Source: Longimicrobiales bacterium (GTDB lineage Bacteria; Gemmatimonadota; Gemmatimonadetes; Longimicrobiales; RSA9). From it: a stretch of 64,000 nt of DNA. Position numbers and translations under genes: made by a program. How positions within the stretch are numbered: position 1 is the first letter of the stretch; each line of letters opens with the position of its first letter. This document shows positions 42,372 through 49,859 of the stretch, piece after piece. The stretch lies in contig DATHVP010000008.1 in assembly GCA_035461245.1 (NCBI GenBank), positions 6,000 to 69,999 of the forward strand. The letters are read 5' to 3'. The notes beneath the pieces are model-generated. The model ran no database searches and was not told the origin of the DNA. It worked only from the letters and a program-made list of their open reading frames with translations.

Positions 42372-43308
42372 ACGAGAGTACGTCAAAGGCGGCTGTTACC
42401 TCCAGATCACCCGGCGGGCGTGCCCCGGCTACCGCGCCATGGAATGCGCCGGGCGTCATCGCCAGCAGGTTGGCGACGTCGTCACCGCTCAACTCCACGG
42501 CGTATTCCAGAGGCGTGGCGTCGGTCAGGTCGAAGGCGCCGGCAAACATGGCCTCGACGCCGGCCCGCTTGTCCGTCGCCATGCCGATGGGCAGCAGGTC
42601 CGCCATCTCGCCAAGGTGCCGCTCCCGCGGTATCACCACCAGCAGCAGGCCGCCCGGCCGGACCAGCCGCGCGAACTCCGATGCGCTGCGCGGCGCAAAC
42701 ACGTTCAGCAGTACGTCCACCGCACTGTCAGCCAGGCAGATGCCATGGGTGATGTCGTTCAGGAACAGTGTGGCGCCCGGGCAGCGGCGGGCCGCCGCGC
42801 GCAGTGCCGGCGGCGAGATGTCGCAACCGTAACCCTGCACGCCGACATCCACGCCTGCGGCGCGTGCGTCGCCGCCATCGCTATCACCCTCACTCACGCG
42901 GTCCAGCACTGCGGCGAGGTAGTAGCCGTCGCCGCAGGCGGCATCCAGCACCACCGACTGCGCCGAACCGGGCGGCGTCCGGAGGTGAACCAGCACGCGT
43001 TCCGCCAATGCGTCCCGCAGTGGATGGTAATGACCAGAATCCAGGAACCGGCCGCGGGCGGCGATCATGTCGCTGGTGTCGCCAGTGCGGCCCGACCGCC
43101 CGTGTCCATGGGGCAGAAGATCCACGTAGCCGTGCCGGTTCAGGTCGAAGCTGTGCCGACGCGCACATCCGTAGCCGCCGGGCCGGCGCTGCAGCACGTC
43201 GCGGCACACGGGACAGGTCAGTAGTCCGGCGGGGCGCGAACACCGCGCCTCGGCCGGCGGACCAGCCCCGGCCGGCGGACCAGCCCCCGGTTGTCGGTTA
43301 CGGCTCAT
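42358..43308 (-). CDS. rlmA: RlmA-like class I SAM-dependent rRNA methyltransferase with a Zn-ribbon N-terminus
   Basis: The sequence CPVCRDVLQRRPGGYGCARRHSFDLNRHGYVDLL is a Cys4-type start, as in RlmA. The SAM motif is VVLDAACGDGYY. The start was set at ATG 43308. The N-terminal 20 aa contain the tandem GAGPPA repeat. Confidence 0.7.
   Translation of the reverse strand: MSRNRQPGAGPPAGAGPPAEARCSRPAGLLTCPVCRDVLQRRPGGYGCARRHSFDLNRHGYVDLLPHGHGRSGRTGDTSDMIAARGRFLDSGHYHPLRDALAERVLVHLRTPPGSAQSVVLDAACGDGYYLAAVLDRVSEGDSDGGDARAAGVDVGVQGYGCDISPPALRAAARRCPGATLFLNDITHGICLADSAVDVLLNVFAPRSASEFARLVRPGGLLLVVIPRERHLGEMADLLPIGMATDKRAGVEAMFAGAFDLTDATPLEYAVELSGDDVANLLAMTPGAFHGAVAGARPPGDLEVTAAFDVLSFRRR
43252..43287. 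repeat. perfect 2 x 18-nt tandem repeat (ggccggcggaccagcccc) inside the 5' end of the methyltransferase CDS
   Basis: The repeat was read directly. It encodes GAGPPAGAGPPA on the minus strand. Confidence 0.9.
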
Positions 43309-43469
43309 CCGATCATCTACTTTCCACAATTCTCCGGCGGAATTGCCGGCGATCGAATGGGTCTCTGCGCCAACTGAACCAGGATGGCGCGCTCCAGGCC
43401 GCGTGCGGATCCAAAGGTAGGGCCGGATCCCGGGCGATTCCATGTCTGGACGTGGCGAAACCGACAACC

Positions 43470-43529
43470 GGGCGCTGGTCCGCTGCTGGGGCGCTGGTCC
43501 GCTGCTGGGGCGCTGCTGGTCCGCCGGCC
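43470..43529. repeat. 2 x 19-nt tandem repeat (gggcgctggtccgctgctg) plus a third variant copy, inverted relative to 43252-43287
   Basis: The repeat was read directly. Positions 43515-43529 (gctggtccgccggcc) are the exact reverse complement of 43252-43266 and of 43270-43284. Confidence 0.9.
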
Positions 43530-43597
43530 ACCGTCAGTTGCCAGAAACACTGCAATTCCGGTACTTTCGGTCATTGTCCCGCCGAATGGAGTAGTCA

Positions 43598-44491
43598 ATG
43601 ATCAGGATCCTGGCCACGTCATTCCTTACGTCGTTCCTCCTGTTCTCCGCAGCGCCCATGGATGCCACAGCACAGGCTCACGACCATAGTGATCACCAGG
43701 TGATCCTCATCACCGGCTCCACCGACGGGCTGGGCAGGGAAGTGGCCGTTCGCCTGGCCGCCGACGGTCATCACATCATCGTCCACGGCCGTAACCGGGA
43801 GCGAGGCGAGGCGGTGGTCGGGGAGATCGAGGCGGCGGGCGGCAGTGCCGCATTCTATGCAGCAGACCTGGCCTCCCTCGAAGAGGTACGCGCCTTTGCC
43901 GGGCGCGTACTCGACGACTATGACCGCCTCGACGTCCTGGTCAATAACGCCGGCATCTGGCTCTCCGGCGACAATGAGCGCCGCCTGAGCCAGGACGGCC
44001 ACGAGCTTCAGTTCGCCGTGAACTACCTCTCGAGCTACCTGCTGACCCGGATGCTGCTGCCGCTGCTGCACGAGAGCACGCCCGCGCGCATCGTCAACGT
44101 GGCGTCCGCTGCCCAGACCCCTATCAACTTCGATGACGTGATGATGGAGGAGGGGTACACGGGCGGCCGGGGCTACGGCCAGAGCAAGCTCGCGCAGATC
44201 CTCTTCACCTTCGACCTTGCCGAGGAACTCGTGGGCACGGGCATTACGGTTAACGCGCTGCATCCGTCCACGCTGATGGACACGCAGATGGTGCGGGACG
44301 CCGGCGTCGCTCCTCGCAGCAGTGTGGACCAGGGCGCCCGCGCCCTGCTCCAGCTCATCACCGGCCAGGACATGGGGACCGGTCGGTACTTCAACGTGAT
44401 GGAACCGGCACGGGCCAATGCCCAGGCGTATGATGCCGACGCCCGCGCCCGCCTCCGTCGCCTGAGCGATGAACTGACAGGCTTGCAGTGA
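43598..44491 (+). CDS. short-chain dehydrogenase/reductase (SDR)
   Basis: The cofactor motif is ITGSTDGLGREVA (TGxxxGxG), with NNAG also present. The catalytic Y-x3-K is YGQSKLA. The N-terminus is signal-like. Confidence 0.9.
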   Translation: MIRILATSFLTSFLLFSAAPMDATAQAHDHSDHQVILITGSTDGLGREVAVRLAADGHHIIVHGRNRERGEAVVGEIEAAGGSAAFYAADLASLEEVRAFAGRVLDDYDRLDVLVNNAGIWLSGDNERRLSQDGHELQFAVNYLSSYLLTRMLLPLLHESTPARIVNVASAAQTPINFDDVMMEEGYTGGRGYGQSKLAQILFTFDLAEELVGTGITVNALHPSTLMDTQMVRDAGVAPRSSVDQGARALLQLITGQDMGTGRYFNVMEPARANAQAYDADARARLRRLSDELTGLQ

Positions 44492-44549
44492 GCCGGCAGG
44501 CAGGCTGAACGGAACCGCCGACACTTCACACGATACCGCAGGAGCGCAA

Positions 44550-46454
44550 ATGTCCGTCCTGGTATTGCTTGCTGCCAGCTTCCTGGCCGCCACCGACACC
44601 ACCGCCTGGACGGTGCTGAACCACGGGCGCCCCGCCGGCGAAATGACGGTGGCCCAGGGCGGCCGAGACGTCGTCGTCACATACCAGCACATCGACCGCA
44701 ACCGCGGCCGCTGGCTGCACCACACGTACACCCTTGACGGCGATGTGCTGCTGAGGTTCGAGGCCCGGGACATGGGCCGGGACCTGGTGCCCGGCGAAGT
44801 CGGGACGTACGTGGAAGTGGCGGGTGACTCCGTGATCCAGCAGACTGGGCAGCGCCGCATGGCACGTCCCGTCGTGCCCGGCATGCTGGTGGCGGCGCCC
44901 GGTGCCTCGCCCTGGGAGCACGCCCGCGTTGCCCGCCTCGCCCTGCAGCGGCCTAACGGTGCAGCCCGCCTGTCGGAGACATCGGATGTCTACGCTACGG
45001 TCGTGGGCGACGTCGACGTCCCTACCAGCCGGGGCACCGAGCGCGTCCGGCTCGTCCACATGCGCGGCATGGGTGGCGCCGGCACCGCAGTGTGGCTCGA
45101 TGCCGACGATCAGCTCTTCGCCAGCGAGGTGGGCTGGTTCATCACGGTCCGCCGGGGCGCCGAGGAGGCACTGCCCGCGCTGCGCGCTGTCGAACTCGAC
45201 TTCCGCGAGCGGCAGGCCGACCAGCTCGCCGCGGCCATGATGCAGCCGTTGCACGATGCCCTGGTCATCCGCAACGCCAACCTGTTCGACAGCGAAACCG
45301 GCACCATGCGCCCGGGCACTAGCGTTCTCATTCGCGGCGAGCGCATAGCCGAGGTCGGGCCGGACGCCGAGGTAAATGTGCCGGCCGGCGCCACGGTCAT
45401 CGACGCTGCCGGCCGCACGGTCATGCCCGGGATGTGGGAAATGCACGGCCATCTCATGCACACTGGCCAGCTCGGTCCGGCCGTGCAGCAGCTCGCCCGC
45501 GGCATCACCACGGTGCGCGACCTGGCCGCCGACACCGACGTCGCCGTCCGGCATCGGGACCGGGCGAACGCACACGCCATCGTTGCGCCGCGACTGATCC
45601 TGGGCGGCTTCATCGAGGGCCCCGGCGACTGGGCCGGCCCCAGTGACGCCCTCGCCCGCACCGAGGCCGAAGCCCGGCAGTGGGTGGCACTCTACGACTC
45701 CCTGGGCTACCGCCAGGTCAAACTGTACAACCTCGTGCATCCGGATCTCGTCCCTGCCATCGCCGAGGAGACGCGCCGCAGGGGCATGATCCTGTCCGGG
45801 CATGTGCCACGGGGGCTCACCACGCACGCCGCCATCAGGCTCGGCTTCGACGAGATCAACCACGCCGCGTTCCTGTTCTCCACCTTCTTCCAGGACTCAC
45901 TGTACGTGCCGGAGATGAGGCCGTACTCCGGCGTCGCTGCCATCGTCGCTCCCGGCTTCGACGTGGAAGGCGACGACATGACCGGACTCATCCGCCTCAT
46001 GCAGGAGCACGGCACCGTGGTGGACGGCACGTTCAACCTGTGGATGGGTGGCCGCGCACTGCTTGACGGCCGCGAGGACGCCGGTGCCCGGGCATACTCC
46101 CGGCTAATCCGGCGCCTGCATGACGCCGGCATCACCCTCGTGCCCGGCACCGACAACATTACCAGCAGCAGCTACGTCACCGAGCTCGAACTCTATGAGC
46201 ATGCCGGCATCCCCGCGCCCACCGTGCTCCAGATGGCCACCCTCGGTTCCGCCCGCGTCATGGGCGAGGATGCTGATTACGGCAGCATCACGCCTGGCAG
46301 GGTGGCGGACATCATCATCGTCGATGGGGAGCCCGCACGCCGGATCGCTGACCTGAACAACGTCCGGCAGGTCATCCGGGCAGGACGTGTCTACCACAGT
46401 GAGGCGCTGCGGACTGCACTGGACGAGGCCAGCCGCGTATCGGTCACTCGCTGA
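44550..46454 (+). CDS. amidohydrolase-family metallohydrolase with an N-terminal extra domain, secreted
   Basis: A signal peptide is present. The metal motif is VMPGMWEMHGHL (HxH). Also present are LVPGTDN and a C-terminal ADIIIVDGEP...VIRAGRV, typical of the amidohydrolase superfamily. Confidence 0.8.
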   Translation: MSVLVLLAASFLAATDTTAWTVLNHGRPAGEMTVAQGGRDVVVTYQHIDRNRGRWLHHTYTLDGDVLLRFEARDMGRDLVPGEVGTYVEVAGDSVIQQTGQRRMARPVVPGMLVAAPGASPWEHARVARLALQRPNGAARLSETSDVYATVVGDVDVPTSRGTERVRLVHMRGMGGAGTAVWLDADDQLFASEVGWFITVRRGAEEALPALRAVELDFRERQADQLAAAMMQPLHDALVIRNANLFDSETGTMRPGTSVLIRGERIAEVGPDAEVNVPAGATVIDAAGRTVMPGMWEMHGHLMHTGQLGPAVQQLARGITTVRDLAADTDVAVRHRDRANAHAIVAPRLILGGFIEGPGDWAGPSDALARTEAEARQWVALYDSLGYRQVKLYNLVHPDLVPAIAEETRRRGMILSGHVPRGLTTHAAIRLGFDEINHAAFLFSTFFQDSLYVPEMRPYSGVAAIVAPGFDVEGDDMTGLIRLMQEHGTVVDGTFNLWMGGRALLDGREDAGARAYSRLIRRLHDAGITLVPGTDNITSSSYVTELELYEHAGIPAPTVLQMATLGSARVMGEDADYGSITPGRVADIIIVDGEPARRIADLNNVRQVIRAGRVYHSEALRTALDEASRVSVTR

Positions 46455-46577
46455 CGACGGACAGCTGCCCATCGGGCAGGCGTCCCTTCTGGCGTCACCG
46501 ATACCGTGCCGCGCGCGGGAACACGCCTTGCAACCCGGGGATTCAGTCGGTAACGAGACCCCCACCCGAGAGCAAGC

Positions 46578-47894
46578 ATGGCGACGGTAGTACGGCAGGA
46601 CCCGGCGGCGGACAACCTGACGGCGCGATACGACCGTGTGCGTGAACTCAGCGAGCAGCTGTGCGAGCCGCTGGCGACGGAGGACTACGTCGTCCAGTCG
46701 ATGGAAGACGTCAGCCCGACCAAGTGGCACCTGGCCCATACCAGCTGGTTCTACGAGACATTCATCCTCAAGCCTCATCTGCCCGGCTACCGTGAGTTGA
46801 ACCCGGCGTACGCCTACCTGTTCAACTCGTACTACATGCAGGCCGGCGAGCGGCACTGTCGGGCCCAGCGAGGTTACATCTCCCGGCCCACGGTGGCAGA
46901 GGTATTCCAGTATCGTCACCATGTGGATGAAGCGATGCGCTCGCTCCTGGGTGGTGCCGCGGTTGCCGGGCCAGGTGGCAATGCGGCTGGGGAGGGCGTC
47001 GCCGCTGACCCGGCCGCCGTGGCGCGCCTGTTGGAAATCGGGCTCAACCACGAACAGCAGCACCAGGAACTCATGCTCACGGACATCAAGCACGTCTTCT
47101 CCGTGAACCCCCTGCGTCCGGCATACCGCACGGCGACCGGCAGCCCGGAGGCGTCGCCGCAAACGCCCGCCCTTGAGTGGGCGGACTTCGAGGGCGGCCT
47201 GTGCGAGATCGGCCACGATGGCGCGGGGTTCTCCTACGACAACGAGTCGCCCCGGCACCGGGTGTGGCTGGAGCCGTTCCAGCTGGCCAACCGCCTGGTG
47301 ACTGCGGGCGAATACATGGAATTCATGGCGGACGGTGGCTATCAGCGCCCGGAGCTGTGGCTGTCCATGGGATGGGCGACGCTGCAGGAGCAGGACTGGT
47401 CGGAGCCGTTCTACTGGGAGCAGCGCGACGGTGCATGGATGCATTATACGCTGGCGGGCATGCGTCCCGTGGATCCCGCCGAGCCCATCTGCCACCTGAG
47501 CTACTTCGAGGCCGACGCGTTCGCTCGCTGGGCCGGCGCGCGCCTGCCAACGGAGCCCGAGTGGGAAGTTGCGGCGGCGACCGTGCCCGTGCGCGGCAAC
47601 TTCGTGGAGGACGGTGTACTGCATCCCGCACCGGCGTCCTCCGCCGGCGGCCTGCAGCAGATTTTCGGCGATGTCTGGGAGTGGACCAGCAGTCAGTACA
47701 CGCCGTACCCCGGCTACACGCCACCGCCCGGCGCGCTGGGCGAGTACAATGGCAAGTTCATGTGCAACCAGTTCGTGCTGCGCGGCGGCTCGTGCGCGAC
47801 GTCGCAGACGCACATCAGGGCGACGTACCGCAACTTCTTCCCGCCGGACGCCACGTGGCAGTTCAGCGGGCTGCGCCTGGCGCGCGGCGCGTGA
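46578..47894 (+). CDS. egtB: ergothioneine biosynthesis sulfoxide synthase EgtB (DinB-like + FGE-sulfatase domains)
   Basis: EgtB-type motifs are present: SPTKWHLAHTSWFYETFIL, LEIGLNHEQQHQELMLTDIK, and the C-terminal GDVWEWTSSQYTPYPGY...RGGSCATS. It sits next to egtD. Confidence 0.85.
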   Translation: MATVVRQDPAADNLTARYDRVRELSEQLCEPLATEDYVVQSMEDVSPTKWHLAHTSWFYETFILKPHLPGYRELNPAYAYLFNSYYMQAGERHCRAQRGYISRPTVAEVFQYRHHVDEAMRSLLGGAAVAGPGGNAAGEGVAADPAAVARLLEIGLNHEQQHQELMLTDIKHVFSVNPLRPAYRTATGSPEASPQTPALEWADFEGGLCEIGHDGAGFSYDNESPRHRVWLEPFQLANRLVTAGEYMEFMADGGYQRPELWLSMGWATLQEQDWSEPFYWEQRDGAWMHYTLAGMRPVDPAEPICHLSYFEADAFARWAGARLPTEPEWEVAAATVPVRGNFVEDGVLHPAPASSAGGLQQIFGDVWEWTSSQYTPYPGYTPPPGALGEYNGKFMCNQFVLRGGSCATSQTHIRATYRNFFPPDATWQFSGLRLARGA

Positions 47895-48907
47895 GTACGG
47901 GAACATCGGACGCGGCGCCCGACGCAGCCGCGGCGGCCGCTGTCGGCGGCGGGTCGGCTCCTGCCGCCGACGAGTTCCGGCAGCACGTGCTCGAGGGGCT
48001 CCGGCCGGGCGCGCGCAAGCTGTCGCCCAAGTACTTCTATGACGACGTAGGCGCCCGGCTCTTCGAGGAGATCACCAATCTCGACGAATATTACCCGACC
48101 CGCGTGGAGACGGGGATCCTCGAGGCCCATGGGGATGCCATGGCCGCCGCCGTGGGCAGACGCGCCCGGATCGTGGAGTTCGGCAGCGGCAGTGGCGACA
48201 AGACGCGCCTGCTGCTGCGCCGGCTGCAGGACCCGGCCGTGTACGTGCCCGTGGACATCGCCTGCACACAGCTCCACGAGTTCGCCGCGCAGCTGCGTGC
48301 CGAACTGCCGTCCGTACCGGTGGAGCCGGTCTGTGCGGACTACATGCAGCCGCTGTCGCTGCCGGCGGCGGGGAAGGCTGCGCGGACCGTCGCATTCTTT
48401 CCCGGTTCAACCATCGGCAACCTGGAGCCGCTGCAGGCGGCTGCGTTCCTGAGCCGCATCGCCCGCATGGCAGGTGACGGAGGTGGACTGCTCCTGGGCA
48501 CGGACATGCACAAGGATACGGACGTGCTGGAGCGGGCGTACAACGACGGGGCCGGCGTCACGGCCCGCTTCAACGTGAACATGCTGGAGCGCATGCAGCG
48601 CGAGCTGGGTGCCCAGCTGGACCTGAGCGCCTGGCGACACCATGCGCTCTATGACGAGGCCAATCGTCGTATCGAGATGCGACTGGTCGCCGGCACCGAC
48701 ACGAGCATCACCGTGCCCGCGCCGGATGGCCCCGCGGAGTTCAGGTTCGCCACCGGCGAATGGATCACCACCGAGTACTCCCACAAGTACACGCCCGATG
48801 CCATCCGCGACCTCGCCGAGCGCACCGGTTGGGCTGTAGAGCAGGCGTGGATGGACGAGAGGGCCTGGTTTGCCGTCTGGCTGCTCACCAGTACAGGCCG
48901 CCACTGA
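47891..48907 (+). CDS. egtD: L-histidine N-alpha-methyltransferase EgtD
   Basis: EgtD-type motifs are present: LSPKYFYDDVGARLFEEITNLDEYYPTRVE, IVEFGSGSGDKTRLLL, FFPGSTIGN, EYSHKYT. GTG 47891 overlaps the egtB stop (GTGA). Confidence 0.85.
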   Translation: MSTGTSDAAPDAAAAAAVGGGSAPAADEFRQHVLEGLRPGARKLSPKYFYDDVGARLFEEITNLDEYYPTRVETGILEAHGDAMAAAVGRRARIVEFGSGSGDKTRLLLRRLQDPAVYVPVDIACTQLHEFAAQLRAELPSVPVEPVCADYMQPLSLPAAGKAARTVAFFPGSTIGNLEPLQAAAFLSRIARMAGDGGGLLLGTDMHKDTDVLERAYNDGAGVTARFNVNMLERMQRELGAQLDLSAWRHHALYDEANRRIEMRLVAGTDTSITVPAPDGPAEFRFATGEWITTEYSHKYTPDAIRDLAERTGWAVEQAWMDERAWFAVWLLTSTGRH

Positions 48908-49859
48908 CCGTCAGCGACCACATCCGCATGGGCGCGATGGACTGCGCGTTCCGGGCGTGGCGCGCGTCCACCTCGAGGAAGTAGCGACCCCTCGTCCCGG
49001 CCTCCATCCGCACGCCGCCGCCGACGCTGCCGCCGAGATACTCCAGCGACGGACCCGTGGAGTCCCATGCGCCCAGGCTGACCGTGCCAAAAGGCGCGAC
49101 CCGCCCCGTGCTGCGCACCCGGGCGGCGACGGCCACGTGCCGGACGTCCCCGGCATCCCCGAAGGATCCGAGACCCAGCTCCGGGCCGAGGGCGAAGGAG
49201 GGCCGCAGTTCCGCCAGGACGGTCAGCCGGGCCACCGGCCCCGTGCCCGTCATTACCGAGCCGCCCTCGTCGGCAATGCTGGCCCGGGCCAGCCCCGCCG
49301 CCACGGTACCCGATCCGATGGCACTGCCCGGCCGCCCTGTCCTTACAGGCCCGGCTGCGGGCTCCTCTGGTGGCCGGGCAGGATCGGCGCCGGGGCCGCC
49401 GGGGCCGTCCGCCGGCCGCGGGGCCGGTACCGCGGCGCCGATGATGGCGCCCCCCACGAACCCGCTGACGACCCCCAGCGCCGTCATCCCCAGCCATACA
49501 CTGCCGCAGTCGTTGTACGCGCCGCCGCTGCAGTACAGGGCGTAGAGGCCGCCGACAGTCAGCCCCGCAGCGCCGCCCAGCAGGGCGCCGTAGCGGGCGA
49601 AGCGCCAGGTCTGCCGGCCGCGGCGCTCCTGCTCGAGCCACGTTGCAGGCAGTCCCCGCGTGCCGGCTGCGCCGGCCGGACCGGGCAGGCCTGCCGCACC
49701 AGCGAGCCCGGTCGTGCCAGCCGCGCCGGCATCGATGGGTGCCACAATGATCGGCAGGACCTCAGGTGAAGGCTTGTCGAATACGGAGCCCTGCGCCACC
49801 GCGCCGCTCGCACTGGCCACCAGGAGGAAGGCCGGGACGGCCGCGGATCGGAAGATCAT
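48885..49859 (-). CDS. hypothetical secreted/outer-membrane protein with a short collagen-like G-X-Y run and Gly-zipper segments
   Basis: The signal reads MIFRSAAVPAFLLVASASGAVAQG. Nine G-X-Y triplets occur (GAAGTTGLAGAAGLPGPAGAAGTRGLP). Gly-rich hydrophobic segments follow. The C-terminal beta-rich part ends in YW. Confidence 0.45.
   Translation of the reverse strand: MIFRSAAVPAFLLVASASGAVAQGSVFDKPSPEVLPIIVAPIDAGAAGTTGLAGAAGLPGPAGAAGTRGLPATWLEQERRGRQTWRFARYGALLGGAAGLTVGGLYALYCSGGAYNDCGSVWLGMTALGVVSGFVGGAIIGAAVPAPRPADGPGGPGADPARPPEEPAAGPVRTGRPGSAIGSGTVAAGLARASIADEGGSVMTGTGPVARLTVLAELRPSFALGPELGLGSFGDAGDVRHVAVAARVRSTGRVAPFGTVSLGAWDSTGPSLEYLGGSVGGGVRMEAGTRGRYFLEVDARHARNAQSIAPMRMWSLTVSGGLYW

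Noticed and set aside
43470-43529. Possible CRISPR-like array
   Set aside because: There are only two to three directly adjacent 19-nt units with no spacers, and no cas genes are in the window. This is a simple tandem repeat.
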